Positions 1-13,729 of a stretch of DNA of 64,000 bases are shown piece by piece. Position numbers and translations under genes: made by a program. The DNA lies in the NCBI RefSeq assembly GCF_963921235.1, contig NC_086097.1:77812001-77876000 (forward strand), in the 5' to 3' direction. The notes below the pieces were generated by a model. That model did not search any database. It saw nothing but the letters and a program-made list of their open reading frames with translations, and was not told where the DNA came from. Within the stretch, counting starts at the first letter, position 1. Each line of letters opens with the position of its first letter. This DNA is from Mobula hypostoma (Eukaryota).

Positions 1-119
1 ACACACGCATACCTTAGAGGGAACATTGGCGTGATCTCAGTCTTTTGGAAAGGAGGGAAAGGAACAATGAACGAGTTAATCTTAGGCCTTTGACCTTTCA
101 TGATAGATTTCAGCATATT

Positions 120-555
120 TTCACTACACTGGTGATAAGGAAGCTGCTGAAATCTATAATGAAAGATAAAATAATAGAATTACTTGCAAAGGATAACAGG
201 ATTGAGCAGAGTTAGCATGGTATTCTGCAATGATAAAGAAATCCTGACGAACCTGCTGGAAATATCTAATGAAGTGATTTAGCCATCACCATTGATTAAT
301 TACGTTGGAGAAATGGTATATCTGTATTTTAGGAAGATATTCGATAAGGACTCATGTAGGAGGTTAGAACATATGGAGTTGGGGATAAAATATTAAATTA
401 TATTAAGCATTGGTTATTGGACAGAAACCAAAGAGTGGGAATAAATGGATCTTTTTCAGACAGGTGCACTGGATGACGGAGGTGTTGCAAAGGTTGAGAG
501 TTGGGGCCTAGTTATTCACAATCTATATCAATGTTTAACTAAGAGAACTAAATAA
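120..555 (+). mobile_element. Old, degraded CR1 LINE fragment (RT region); appears to resume at ~1262-1420
   Basis: Decayed similarity to the RT region of younger CR1 copies in the window (agttagcatgg, ttcgataagg, gtgggaataaatggatc); no intact ORF. Confidence 0.6.
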
Positions 556-556
556 C

Positions 557-1262
557 ATCAGAATTAGGTTTATTATCACCGGCTTGTGACGTGAAATTTG
601 TTAACTTAGCAGCAGCAGTTCAATGCAATACATAATCTAGCAGAGAGAGAAAAAATAAATAAATAAAATAAAACATGACAATAAATAAACAAGTAAATCA
701 GTTACATATATTGAATAGATTTAGAAAAATGTGCAAAAACAGAAATACTATATTAAAAAAGTGAGGTAGTGTTCAAAGCTTCAATGTCCATTTAGGAATC
801 AGATGGCAGAGGGGAAGATGCTGTTCCTGAATCACTGAGTGTGTGCCTTTAGGCTTCTGTATCTCCTACCTGATGGTAACAGTGAGAAAACAGCATGCCT
901 TGGGTGCTGGAGGTCCTTAATAATGGACGCTGCATTTCTGAGACACTGCTCTCTAAAGATGTCCTGGGTACTTTGTAGGCTAGTGCCTAAGATGGAGATG
1001 GAGCAACCTTCTGCGGCTTCTTTCGGTCCTGTGCAGTAGCCCCTCCATACCAGACAGTGATGCAGCCTGTCAGAATGCTCTCCACAGTACAACTATAGAA
1101 GTTTTTGAGTGTATTTGTTGACATGTCAAATCTCTTCAAACTTCTAATAAAGTATAGTCGCTGTCTTGCCTTCTTTATAACTAGATCGATATGTTGGGAC
1201 CAGGTTAGATCCTCAGAGATTTTGACACCCAGGAACCTGAAGCTGCTCACTCTCTCCACTTC
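557..1262 (-). mobile_element. Rex1/Babar-type LINE, 5'-truncated 3' end
   Basis: ORFs 987..1367 and 832..1092: VERVSSFRFLGV-ISEDLTW, KKARQRLYF, VESILTGCITVWYG, HAVFSLLPSGRRYRSL; 3' tail aataaacctaattctgat. Confidence 0.9.
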
Positions 1263-1429
1263 CATATTTCCACGTTTGCAGTTAGATGGGATTGATTGCA
1301 AAGAGACTTCAGGGAAATATGGGCAAACAGAGAGAAAGTTAATAATGAGGTTGTTGAAATATACCATACAAACTGTGAGGCCATTTAGTCTGGTGCTTTA
1401 AAACAGAAAAGCAGAGTGTTTTTGAAATG

Positions 1430-2777
1430 GAGATTAGAGTCTTAGAGTTATAGAACACTACAGCACAGAAACAGCCCCTTTGCCCATCGAGTTTGTGCTG
1501 AATTATCCTGCCCAGTCCCATTTGACCCACACCTAGACCATAGCCCTACATACCCTTCCCATTCATGTACCTATCCAAGTTTCTCTTAAATTTTGCAATT
1601 GGAGCTGCATTCACCACCTGCACTGGCCGTTCATTCCACACTCATATCACCATCTGAGTGAAGTTGTTTCCCCTGATATTCCACTTTAGCATTTCACCTT
1701 TCACCCTTAACCCATGACCTCTAGTTATAATCTCACCCAACCTCAGTGGCAAAAGCCTGCTTACATTTACCTTAACTATATCCTTCAAAATTGTGTATTA
1801 CCTCTATCAAATCTTCCCTTATTATTTTAAGACCTAGGGAATAAAGTCCTTGCAGATTTTCTCTGCACTCTTTCGATTTTATTTACATCTTACCTGCAGG
1901 TAGGTGACCAGAACTGCACAGAATACTCCAAATTAGGCCTCAACAATGTCTTATACAAGTTCAGCATAACATCCAAACTCCTGTACTCAATATTTTGATT
2001 TATGAAAGCCAATACGCCAAAAGTTTTCTTTACAACTCTATCTATCTGTGACGCCACTTTCAAAGAGTTATGGCTCTGTATTCCTAGATCCCCCTGTTCT
2101 ACCACACTCCTCAGTGCCCTACCGTTCACCCTACCCTGGTTTCTCCTTCCAAAGTGAAACACCTCACATTTACAAGAGAAAATCTGCAGATGCTGGAAAT
2201 CTGAGCAACACACACAAAACGCTGGAGGAACGGCCCGCTGAGTTCCTCCAGCATTTTGTGTATGTTGCAGCTCACACTTATCCACATTAAAATCCATCTG
2301 CCAGTTCAGCCCATTTTCCCAGCTGGTTCAGATCACACTGTAAGCTTTGATAGCTCTCTTCACTGTCACTATGTCCAATGTCCTGGCATCATTGATAAAT
2401 TTGCTGATTCCGATTGTTGATATGGATGACAAACAAAAGTTCACCCGGTGCTGATCCCTGTTGTCCTCCACTAGACACAGGCCTCCAGTCAGAGAGGTAA
2501 TAATCTATTATCACTTGCTGGCTTCCCCTGTGGAGTGAATGTCTAATCCAATTTACCACCTCATCTTGAATGCCAAGTGATGGAACCCTCTTGACCATCC
2601 TCCTATACAGGAACTTGTCAAAGCCTCGTTAAAGTCCATCCACTGACCTTCCTTCATCAACTTTCCTGGTAACTTCATCAAAAAAAATCTATAAGATTGG
2701 TTAGACACGACCATCTGTGTACAAAGCCATGTTGACTATCCTTAATCAGTCTTGTCTATTGAAATACCTATATATAC
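1430..2777 (-). mobile_element. CR1 LINE 3' portion, decayed, interrupted by a Penelope fold-back at 2173-2270
   Basis: MDFNVDKCE..FHFGR, LYKTLLRPNLEYSVQFWSP; CR1-type 3' UTR. Confidence 0.9.
2173..2270. mobile_element. Minimal Penelope-derived fold-back insertion (~100 bp)
   Basis: caacacacacaaaacgctggaggaac / gttcctccagcattttgtgtatgttg inverted arms; imperfect TSD ctcacattta (2163-2172) / ctcacactta (2271-2280). Confidence 0.8.
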
Positions 2778-3266
2778 TGTTACAAGTATTAACCCTCAAC
2801 AATAATGATCAGATAGGTGCAGAGATGATAATCTGCATTTACTGACAAGTATCTTTATTGGCCCAGTTAACAGCACATGAATTTACAAAACTAAGTACCT
2901 GTGTACACAATCTGACCCTCCATGACAGCCAAAGAATAGAAAATGTAATATTCAGGAAAAGGAGTAAACACTGAGCAAGTGTTCCTCTCGATCTTGATGT
3001 AATCCTTACGTTTCTGATGTGAAATCATCCATTCTGCAATGGTTGTCTCCTCAGAATTGTTGCACCTATGCTCCCAAAATCCCCCATTCTGATAATTTTT
3101 CTTATCAGATCAATCTATGATGTTTCAATTTTGTAGGCTTAAGCTCATCTCAGCTCATTTATTAGAGAATGATGCTCTTATAAAAAGAAGAGATGATTAT
3201 CAATATAAAAAAGATTTGTGTGAATTCACTAAGTAAATGCTACTTTTATATAATGAGAATGTTACA
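2778..3266 (-). mobile_element. Possible solo LTR
   Basis: Begins and ends with TGTTACA (TG..CA termini), ~490 bp, AATAAA on the minus strand near 2855; no convincing TSD. Confidence 0.35.
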
Positions 3267-3529
3267 CACCCGTTGGTAGTGCATGGCAGTCCTGGGGGCT
3301 GTCAACAGAATGAGAGGAGGATAATGATCCTAAGATAAATCTCTGGATCAAGAGAAGGAAAATGTTGTCCAGAGAGAACTCTATAAATCAGCGAACAGGA
3401 GTGAAGCAAGGACAGTTGAAACAAACAAAGCAAGAGTCTGTGTTCTTGCCATATGGCTGCAGAAAGAGAGATGACCATTTTGTGAGACTGCTCTTGCAGC
3501 CGTCATTTTGTGAACTGTTTGATGAACTA

Positions 3530-4797
3530 GTTCAAAGTTCAAAGTTCAATGTAAATTTATTATCAAAGTACATGTATGTCACCATATGCAACCCTGAGAG
3601 CTGTTTTCTTGCATATTTATTGTCCAAAAAACATAATAGAGTCGTTGAAAGGCTGCACCTAACAGATCAGACAAACAGCTCATGTGTCAAAGACAACAAA
3701 CTGTGCAAATACAAAAAGAGAAAACAAAATAATAATAAATAAGCAATAAATATTGTGAGCATGAGATGAAGAGTCCTTGAAAGTGGACTTTTCAGTATGG
3801 AAACAGTTCAGTGATGAGGTGAGAGAAGCTATCCCCTTTGGTTCAAGACCCTGATAGTTAAGGGGTAATGACTATTCCTGAACCTGGTGGTGTGGGTCCT
3901 GTGGCTCCTGTACCTCCTTCCTAGTGGCAGCAGTTAGAAGAGAGCATGGTCTAGGTGGTAGGGGCCTTTGATGCTGGATACTGCCTTCCTGTGCCAGCAC
4001 TCCCTGTAGATGTGCTGAATGCTGGGGAGAGTTTTACTCGTGGTGGACTGCTCTGTATTCATTACTTCTTGCAGGATTTTCCATTCAAGGGCTTTAGTGT
4101 TGCCATACCAGGCTGTGATGCAACATACCAGCATACTTTCCAGCACACACCTTAAGAAGTTTGTCAAAGTTTTAGATGTAATGCCGAATCTTCGCAAATT
4201 TCAAAGGAAGTAGGGGTGCTGCAGTGCATTCTTTGTAATGTCACTTGCGCACTGGAATTTAAAGTAGCTGATTCTCTCCACCTCTGATTACCCAATAAGG
4301 ATTGGCAAATGTACCTCTGGTTCCTTCTCTTGAAGCCAATAATCAGCTCCTTGGTCTGGCTGACATGGTGTGAGAGTTTGTTATGGCATTTCTCAGTCAA
4401 ATTTTCAATCTCCCTCCTATATGCTGATTCTGCCAATGACAGTAGTGTCATCAGCAAACTTACTAAATATGTCATTGGAATTGTAGTTAGCCACATTGTC
4501 ATAAGAATAAAGCAAGTAGAGCAGGGGGCTACGCATACAGCCTTGTGGTGCACCTGTGCTAATGGAGATAACAGAGGAGATGTTGTTACCAATCTGAACT
4601 GACTGGGATCTGCAAGTGAGGAAATCAAGGATCCAATTGCACAAGGAGGTATTGAGGCCATGGTCTTGTTATTTATTGATCAGTACTGAGGGAATAATAG
4701 TATTCAATACTGAGCTGTAGTTGATGCAGAGCATTTTTGCTGTCCACATGTTCAGGGTTGAGTGAAACACCAACGAAATGGCATCTGCTGTGAACCT
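3530..4797 (-). mobile_element. Rex1/Babar-type LINE, decayed RT and 3' end
   Basis: [45 protein letters not shown]; (TTTGAAC)n tail. Confidence 0.9.
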
Positions 4798-5094
4798 TGT
4801 TCTGGGATAACTTAATCAGAGCAACTAAACACAAACACATTGTTTGCTACTGATGATCTAATATACCTGAGACCGTTTTCAGATGAGAAGCTGTTTATTA
4901 TGTAAAATGGCAGGCATATAGAAGGAACAACTTGTGATCTGATTGTCTGGGTCTAGTGTTTGGCTGATTTGGTTGAACTGGTTTGAACCAGCAAGAGTTG
5001 GAAGGAGCAAAAGAAATTACCTAGGGCATAGGACTCTGGGAAACAGCTGTAAAGCATACTGCTGGTAGCCTTGGGCCAGACCTCAGGACAGCAA

Positions 5095-5788
5095 GTACCT
5101 CCTCCTCTGTATTCCATATTCGGTCCATGAAGTCTTTGCTGCTTTACCTCATTCTATAGACTCCGTGTCCATCTCCTCAGTAAATACAGATACAAAGAAA
5201 TCCATTTAAGATCTCACCCATCTCTTTTAGCTCAATATGTTGATGACCACGCAGATCTTCTGTCACCTGGTTCAGATATGACCCAAGTGCGGAGTGAGAG
5301 ACACTGAAGTGGATCGATATTTCAGACTTCAAAGAGAACAGTGTTAAAGGGAAAAGAAAACAATTAATGCTTGGCCAAACAGGGCTGTTAACTAAAACTT
5401 TCAAATGGAAAATGAAGCCTACACTGTGGCTGAAAAAGAACAACGAAATATAAACAATTACCACTAGTCTTCAGAGTCAGTTGACTCGACAGTCCAATTT
5501 CTCAGGCAAGGCCGAATGCAAACAGGCAGTGAAGTGTTACTGTGCTGTGTCCAAGTCTTGACAAGCACTACGACGAAAAGAATGGAGTTAAGTACTATCA
5601 CAATGAAATAATAATTAGCTGACATGCGCATATCCACAAGCACAATTGCCGTATGTACTGCGCTGCCGAATCCGTGGTTGTGACATCTTCAAGAGGGCTA
5701 ATTTTGTCCCTTGCTACCCTTTTGCTCCTAATATATCTGTAGTAGCCCTTTGGATTCTCCTTCACCTTTTATGGCAGAGCAACTTCAT
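5095..5788 (-). mobile_element. CR1 fragment split by the solo LTR at 5261-5685
   Basis: EMGEILNGF..ASVFT-like segment and gagaatccaaagggctactacag, similar to the CR1 at 8412-8975. Confidence 0.65.
5261..5685 (-). mobile_element. Solo LTR (family A, related to the LTRs of the Gypsy element at 30680-35781)
   Basis: TGTCAC...GTGACA termini, perfect 5-bp TSD TCTTC (5256-5260, 5686-5690); co-linear similarity to 30680-31037 and 35359-35781. Confidence 0.9.
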
Positions 5789-6672
5789 GTGAGTGAAGTT
5801 AAGTGAAGTTATCCCCTCTGGTTCAAGAGGATGCTGGCTGAGGGGTAATAAGTATTCCTGAACCTGGCGGTATGAGTCCTGAGGCTCCTGGACCTTCTTC
5901 CTGATGGCAGCAGTGTTAACAGAAGATGGTCTGGATGATGGATGCTGCTTTCCTGTGACAGTGCTCCTTGTAGTTGTGCTCAATGGCGGGAATGGCCTTA
6001 TCCATGTTGGATGGGCTATATTCACTACTTTTTGTAGGTTTTTCCATTCAAGGACATTGGTGTTTCCATGCCAGGCTGTGATGCAACCAGTCAATATACT
6101 CTTCACCATGCATCTAAAGAAGTTTGTCAAAGTTTTAGATGCCATGCTGAATCTTCGCAAACTTCTAAGAAGGTATAAGCGCTGCCATGTTTAGTAATGG
6201 CACATACGTGCTGGACCTAGGAAAGATCTTCTGAAAGGATAACACTGAGAAATTTAAATCTGCCAACCCTCTCCACCTCTGATACCCCGTTGAGAACTGG
6301 CTCACGGACCTCTGGTTTTCTCCTCCTGGAATAAATTATCAGCTCTTTGGTTTTGCTGATGTTGAGTGAGAGGTTGCCGCTGTGACACCACTCAGCCAGA
6401 TTTTCAATCTCCCTCCTGTATGCTGATTCATCACTTTTGATTCAGTCTACAGCAGCAGTGTCATCAGCAAACCTAAATATGGTACAGGAGCCACACAGTC
6501 ATCCATATAAAGCGAGTGAAGTGGGGGACTGAGCACATCGCCTTGTGGTGCACCTGTTCATATGATGATTGTGAGGAGAGGGAGCTGCCAATCTGAACCG
6601 ACTGAAGTTTGGAAATAGGTGATCCAGTTGCACAAGAAGATTTTGAGGCCATGGTCTTGGAGCTTATTGATG
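5789..6672 (-). mobile_element. Rex1/Babar-type LINE fragment
   Basis: ORF 5762..6160 RRFSMASKTLTNFFRCMVKSILTGCITAWHG; GAPQG and FADD-like remnants. Confidence 0.88.
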
Positions 6673-6679
6673 CAAGGAT

Positions 6680-6975
6680 AGATTAAGCAGACTAGGCCTA
6701 TATTTTCAAGAGTTTACATGTTAGTTAAACATTTAGAATTCCTAGAAGTCTTGACAGACAGGACACAGGGAGGATGTTTCCCTTAATTGAGAAATCTAGA
6801 AGCAGGGCATAATATCTCAAAATAAGGGAATAAGCTGTTGGCAACTATGATGAAGATACATTTCTTAATGCAGAGAATGGTGAAATCTTGGAATTGTGTA
6901 CCCATCAAGGGTGTAGAGGCTTAGCTGTTGACTTAGTTGAAAACAGACATCAATAGCTTTCTGAATATTGAGGTA
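6680..6975 (+). mobile_element. Old CR1 3' fragment
   Basis: Decayed RLSRLGL..RMFPL..SRSRGHNLKI-like sequence. Confidence 0.6.
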
Positions 6976-7013
6976 TGATTTTGCCAGAGTTGACTCTTTG
7001 GGTCAGATAGTCT

Positions 7014-8968
7014 TAGAACATAGAACATAGAATACTACAGCACAGTACAGGCCCTTCAGCCCACAATGTTGTGCCGACCCTCAAACCCTGCCTCCCATAT
7101 AAGCCCCCACCTTAGGTTCCTCCATATACCTGTCTAGTAGTCTCTCAAACTTCACTAGTGTATCTGCCTCCACCACTGACTCAGGCAGTGCATTCCACGC
7201 ACCAACCACTCTGAGTAAAAAACCTTCCTCTAATATCCCCCTTGAACTTCCCACCCCTTACCTTAAAGCCATGTCCTCTTGTATTGAGCAGTGGTGCCCT
7301 GGGGAAGAGGCGCTGGCTATCCACTCTATCTATTCCTCTTATTATCTTGTACACCTCTATCATGTCTCCTCTCATCCTCTTCTCTCCAAAGAGTAAAGCC
7401 CTAGCTCCCTTAATCTCTGATCATAATGCATACTTTCTAAACCAGGCAGCATCCTGGTAAATCTCCTCTGTACCCTTTCCAATGCTTCCACATCCTTCCT
7501 ATAGTGAGGTGACCAGAACTGGACACAGTACTCCAAGTGTGGCCTAACCAGAGTTTTATAGAGCTGCATCATTACATCGCACTCTTAAACTCTACCCCTC
7601 GACTTATGAAAGCTAACACCCCATAAGCTTTCTTAACTACCCTATCCACCTGTGAGGCAACTTTCATGGATCTGTGGACATGTACCCTGAGATCCCTCTG
7701 CTCCTCCACACTACCAAGTATCCTGCCATTTACTTTGTACTCTGCCTTGGAGTTTGTCCTTCCAAAGTGTACCACCTCACACTTCTCCGGGTTGAACTCC
7801 ATCTGCCACTTCTCAGCCCACTTCTGCATCCAATCGATGTCTCTCTGCAATCTTTGACAATCCTCTACACTATCTACAACACCACCAACCTTTGTGTCGT
7901 CTGCAAACTTGCCAACCCACTCTTCTACCCCCACATCCAGGTCATTAATAAAAATCACAAAAAGAAGAGGTCCCGGAACAGATCCTTGTGGGACACCATT
8001 AGTCACAATCCTCCAATCTGAATGTACTCCCTCCACCACCACCCTCTGCCTTCTGCAGGCAAGCCAATTCTGAATCCACCTGGCCAAACTTCCCTGGATC
8101 CCATGCCTTCTAACTTTCTGAATAAGCCTACCGTGTGGAACCTTGTCAAATGCCTTACTAGAATCCATATAGATCACATCCACTGCACTACCCTCATCTA
8201 TATGCCTGGTCACCTCCTCAAGGAACTCTAACAGGCTTGTTAGACACGATCTGCCCTTCAGAAAGCCATGCTGACTGTCCCTGATCAGACCATGATTCTC
8301 TAAATGCCTATAGATCCTATCTCTAAGAATCTTTTCCAACAGCTTTCCCACCACAGACATAAGGCTCACTGGTCTATAATTACCCGGACTATCTCTACTA
8401 CCTTTTTTGAACTAGGGAACAACATTCGCCTCCCTCCAATCCTCCGGCACCATTCCCGTGGACAACGAGGACATAAAGATCCTAGCCAGAGGCTCAGCAA
8501 TCTCTTCTCTCGCCTCGTGGAGCAGCCTGGGGAATATTCCGTCAGGCCCCGGGGACTTATCTGTCCTAATGTATTTTAACAACTCCAACACCTCCTCTCC
8601 CTTAATATCAGCATGCTCCAGAACATCAACCTCACTCATAGTGTCCTCACCGTCATCAAGTTCCCTCTCATTGGTGAATATTGAAGAGAAGTATTCATTG
8701 AGGACCTCGCTCACTTCCACAGCCTCCAGGCACATCTTCCCACCTTTATCTCTAATCGGTCCTACCTTCACTCCTGTCATCCTTTTTTTCTTCACATAAT
8801 TGAAGAATGCCTTGGGGCTTTCCTTTACCCTACTCGCCAAGGCCTTCTCATGCCCCCTTCTTGCTCTTCTCAGCCCCTTGTTAAGCTCCTTTCTTGCTTC
8901 CCTATATTCCTCAATAGACCCATCTGATCCTTGCTTCCTAAACCTCATGTACGCTGCCTTCTTCTTCT
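7014..8968 (-). mobile_element. Young 5'-truncated CR1 LINE (~1.95 kb), RT broken by frameshifts
   Basis: ORFs 8412..8975, 7572..8369, 7372..7572: KSPGPDGI, WREANVVP, QHGF..GRSCLT, KAFDKVPH, GVPQGSV, FADDTK, RPHLEYCVQFWSP; (TGTTCTA)n tail. Confidence 0.97.
7572..8369 (-). pseudogene. CR1 ORF2 reverse transcriptase fragment (265 aa)
   Basis: Non-LTR RT motifs QHGF, D..KAFD, GVPQGS, FADD; flanking frames shifted. Confidence 0.9.
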
Positions 8969-9752
8969 CCTGCACTTATTTCTTAAATACGTATCAGTTA
9001 ATACCCTAATAAACTGATAAGGTCAGCCATTGAAATTTCTAACTCAACAACAGCTTAGTACAGTTTTTTTGTGGACTTGCATTGCCTTGAGTAAAGCAGC
9101 TGCTGAAGCTGTTGGCATAATTTCTGACTGAAACTACCAGCTTAGAGCTGAACTGTATACCATTGTATTCTGTTGGCAGATGCACAGACTCAAAATTAAG
9201 TTCACCCCGCTCAACCTCATTGAAACTTTCTTTCTGTGACATTCAGAAAATTCTGTCAAAAGGAAAGCTGCAGTTCTCATAGCATTAGACAAAAAATATT
9301 AAGTGCATTGCAAACCTCTGGCCAATGTCATCAGGCAAACATTTTTGTATGGGTTTTATGAATTCATTGAAGCTTCATTGCCTGTTCAGCAGAAGATCAG
9401 ATATAAATGAATGATTACGGTGTTGTAGCATCATACTTCAAAGGATTAGTTTGCAAAATATGATGGTTTAAACCTGACATTTTTATCCTAACTCTGAAAG
9501 TGAAATAATACAGATGAAATCCAAAGTATCTTGCTGGGCCCTCGACCTAATTTGTGACCCAAGTATTGCTTCAAAGCTTAACAATGAATCAGATTTAATA
9601 GGTTGTGGATATATTTATGTGGCATTTCATTTACATGCAAGTGGGGTAATTTTTCTGTGGTTCTGCACTATCTGAGCCTGATGATGAAGTCTGCCTGATT
9701 TCCAGTCCTTTGTTTGCAATAGGCAAGGGGTCCATCAAAATCAAAGTACTGC

Positions 9753-10350
9753 AGTTCAAAGTAAATTTATTATCAAAGTACGTATACATCACCATATACA
9801 ATCCTGAGATTCATTTTACAGTGGGCATACTCAATAGATCCATAATAGAATAATAACTTGGGTGTTCAACCAGTGTGAGAAAGACAACCAACTGTGCAAA
9901 TACATAAAGCAGGAAAAACAAATTAAATAAGCAATACACGCAGTATCAAGAGCATGAGATAAAGAGTCCCAGAGAGTGAGTCCATGGGTTGTGGGAATAT
10001 CTCAATGATGGGGCAAGCGAAGTTATCCCCTTTGGTTCAGGGGCCTGATGGTTGAGGGATAACAACTGTTTCTGAACCTGGTAATGTTAGTTCAGAGGCT
10101 CCTGTACCACCTTCTTGATGGCAGCAGTGAGAAGAGAGCATATCCTGGGTGGTGGGGGGTCCCCGATGATGGATGCTGCTCTCCTGCGACAATGTACTCA
10201 ATGGTGGGGAGGGCTCTACCCATGATTAACAGGGCTGTATCCACTACTTTTGGTAGGAATTCCCATTCAAGGCCATTGGTGTTTTCATGCCAGGCCATGG
10301 TGAAGCCAGTCAATATACTTTACACTACACATCTATAGAAGTTTGTCAGA
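9753..10350 (-). mobile_element. Rex1/Babar-type LINE 3' end
   Basis: HHPGYALFSLLPSRRWYRSL; same 3' UTR as 3530-3900. Confidence 0.88.
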
Positions 10351-10371
10351 GCTGCTGTATGTCTGTGTATC

Positions 10372-10490
10372 TGAAATCAAACAGAAAATGCAGGAATTAA
10401 TCAGCAAGTCAGGTGGAAAGGCTCACAGCTTATTCTTCAGATGCTGTCTAACCTGCTGATCTTTTCCAGGTTTCTTTTTTGTTTTATTGG
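10372..10490. mobile_element. Very old Penelope-derived fold-back remnant
   Basis: aaacagaaaatgcaggaattaatcagcaagtcagg / cagatgctgtctaacctgctgatcttttccaggtttctttttgttt; resembles both orientations of the Penelope 3' repeat. Confidence 0.5.
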
Positions 10491-11054
10491 AGGAGTCATT
10501 CAATCAGTCAGTGAAAATGATACCTGCAGTTAGCACTGAGTCAGCAAGTACTAAGTAGGCAGAGATACTATGAATAATGCAAGATTATCTTTGTTATAAT
10601 CTTAAAAGATTAAATAAAGTAATGGAACAAACAGTGACACATTAAATTTTTATTTTACATAGATTCAATAACTTTAAATAAGATTTAAATACCTTCCTAA
10701 TTTTTGCAGTATTCATGTATCGTGCATGATTAATAAAAACACTCTCCTGCTCTCCTGTGACAATCCACTAAATGAAATCACTTATTTGTCTTTAGTATTA
10801 AGAGAACATCAGAAAATAGCAGAATGTTTTTTACTTCTGAGAAGAATCACTTGATGTGAATGCCGGTATGTTGCCCAGTTAACCTATCTGTACTTGTACA
10901 ATTGTTTATTATATTTAACAATATATAAAATGGATCAATCCCACAAGGAGTGAAATTTCTGTTGAGCAATTAAGCAAGACTTAAAGATGCTGAGAACACT
11001 GCAAGCAGCTTAGCCAGTATTTATCCCTCAATTCGTATCAATAAAATAAAAATG

Positions 11055-12425
11055 CTATTTTATGAGGAAATGTGCTTGGAATGGGAGGAGGTCCTTAATG
11101 ATTACTTTGCCTCAGTATTCACCAGTGGGGTGGACCTTGACTCTCCTGGAGAAAATGTAAAACAAGCTGATTTGCTAGAACATGTCAACTTTTGAAAAAA
11201 AATTAGGATAGATAAATTCCTGTGGCCAGGTTACTATGGGAAGTAAGGGAAGGGATTACTGTGACAATCTTTGCGTCCTCACTGGCCATAGGAGTGATAC
11301 CTGATAACTGGAAGTTTGCAAATGTTGTTTCTTGTTCAAGAAAGGATGTAGGAATAACCCTGCCACAGTCCCAAACCGTTAATTACCCATTTTCTCCTAA
11401 TTCCCTTTGATTGTGTCACAGTCCCGACCGTTAATTCCCCATTTTCTCCTAATTCCCTTTGATGGTGGCACACCTGGTTCTCATCAAGACCTGCAGCATA
11501 AAAACCCCAGCTTTGCATCCACTCATTGCCAGATCGTTGTTTTAGCCAGTGTGGTGTTTAACGTTCCCACCTGCTTAGGATTGTGTATTCTAAATTTTAC
11601 TTCAGTACCAAGGTTTATCTGTGTAACTCCATCTCTTCGTGTCAAGAAAAGTATTGTCTACCGCTTGCCTTTCTACGCTCCATGTCAAGATAAGTTTGCC
11701 TGCCGCCTGGCCCCTGTTTGCGGTTCAACGCCAGCAATGTTCTGCCTGCCTCCTGATTTGCTGTTCACCCTCCTGTTTGCCGTTCAGCTCCAACCACTCT
11801 CACGCCCTTGTCTGCATCCTAACTCAACCTCCGTGCCAGTTGTCCTGCGTTTGGGTTCGCCCCATTCTTTGCAACAAACCCTGGGAATTATAAACCAGTG
11901 ATTCTTACTGCAAGGTGGGCAAATTATTGGTGAAGATTCTTAGAGACAGGATTATGGCATTTGGAGAAACATAGTCCAATCAGGGATAGTTATCATGGCC
12001 TTCTGAGGAGGAGTAAGTTCAAGAGCCATGAGGTAAGGTTGCATCTCTATAAAGCCCTGGTTAGGTCACACCTGAAATATTCTGTTCAGTTCCAGTTGCC
12101 TCATTATAGGAAGGATGTGGAAGCTTTAGAGAGAGTGCAGAGGAGATTTACCAGGATGCTGTCTGGACTAGAGAGCATGTCTAATAAGGATAGGTTGAAT
12201 TAACTGGGGGTTTTCTCTCTGGAGCAAAGGAAGATGAGAGATGACTTGATAAAGGTGAACAAGATGACGAGAGGTGTAGATCTAGTGGATAGTCAAATAC
12301 CTTTGCCCAGGGCAGAAATAGTTAATACCAGGAGGGCTATGATGGAGGGAAGGGTTAGATTGATCTTAGAGTAGGTTAAAACGTAAGTCAAAGGGCCTGT
12401 ACTGTGCTGTAATGTTCTATGTTAC
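11055..12425 (+). mobile_element. Internally deleted CR1, interrupted by solo LTR 11361-11876
   Basis: RLLWEVRE..WKFANVV, LYKALVRSHLKYSVQF..RVQRRFTRML; CR1 3' tail. Confidence 0.88.
11361..11876 (+). mobile_element. Solo LTR (family B) with an internal ~53-bp tandem duplication at its 5' end
   Basis: TG..CA termini, perfect TSD AACCC (11356-11360, 11877-11881), TATA-like CATAAAA at ~11497; homologous to 34950-35353. Confidence 0.9.
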
Positions 12426-13204
12426 CTCAACAATATCTCAATGCTGTTAATGGGAGCATGCTATGCAAAATGTTTGCTCTATTTCCCAATTCGCAATGTT
12501 TGTAAGAGCTACATTCCATTTGCATAAAATAAAGCAACCCGGGAAGAACTGCTATTGGGACTGCACATCCTGCTCTGCCATGTTATGTAACATTCACCAA
12601 CTATTTTTGTCAATCTTTACGTTCAGTAGTTTTGGTCTGTAGAAAGGTGGGTCAAATATTACACATTCTCTCTTTTGCAAGGCAATGGTAAATGCTCTGA
12701 AAATCCTTAGTGGGTTCCAATATACATTGTTATTGGCAAAGAGGATAATTGTTCGCTTTAAATTCTGTATCCCATACTAACACTTATTATGCTATTCTCA
12801 AGGGTGTGAGTTACTTGAGGAGTTAGTTACAACCAATGACACAGAATCAGTATTTTGGAACATCTGAAGTCCAGTAAAACCTCTTCTCCTTCCTTTTCCA
12901 GAGATATATGTTTCAAATAGTCAAAACAGATATTTCTGTTTTATCTGACATGAACATTGTGGTATTCAAATGGGTGCATAGTCATCGACTCGTTAAGTAT
13001 TAAACACAATTTTGCCTACACGGAAGTGCGGTGGCAACTCAGACCTCAAATATAAGAGTATTTAACTAAATCTTGTTTAATTCCAAGAAATTTATCCACC
13101 CAGATATATAAGGTTTACAGATTGCCCAGTATTACCCAGAGTGTAAATACATACAAGTGCAATTTTTGCAATATCTGTGGCCTAGTCTAAATTATACTGT
13201 ATTT

Positions 13205-13510
13205 ATACATTCATTTATTTATTTACTTAACTACGTCAATGTGGAGTAGGCCCTCTGGTCTTTCAAGCTGCACCACCCCAGCAGCCCCTGACAAATCTGA
13301 TTAACCCTGCCCTAATCACAGGAAAACTTACAATGACCAGTTAACCTATCTGGTACATCTTTAGACTGTGGGAGGAAACTGCAGCCACCTGGGGAAAACC
13401 CACACATTCCATGGAGAGGATGGACAGATGCTGCCGGAATCGAACTCCGACCTCCGGAATGCTCGGAGCTGTAGTAGCATCACTCAAACCGCTACACTAC
13501 CATGGCGCCC
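13205..13510 (-). mobile_element. tRNA-derived V-domain SINE (HE1-like) with CR1-derived tail
   Basis: tRNA-like head with B-box ggagttcgattcc, V-domain gtttcctcccacagtctaaaga, tail agggcctactcc..(TAAA)n. Confidence 0.8.
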
Positions 13511-13729
13511 AACAGTACATCCCAAAAATCTATCCTAATATAAATATATCCCAACAATACAGATGACTTTGAAAAAAAAAAACAGAATTTTCTTATGTTT
13601 GTCCCAGTACCTAACACCGAAGTTAGGATCAGAAATGGGCTCTGGAGTCACAGTGGCAGTAAATTAATAAAACGTGTACTGAAGTAGAAAGTGTGGCAGA
13701 ATATCAAAACTACTCAGGCCAGAAAGTAT

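Noticed and set aside
11407..11901. 164-aa ORF
   Set aside because: Lies within a solo LTR; the homologous LTR at 34950 does not preserve it
13460..13510. tRNA-like A/B boxes (also ~22955, ~47040, ~54600)
   Set aside because: SINE heads, no complete cloverleaf; not tRNA genes
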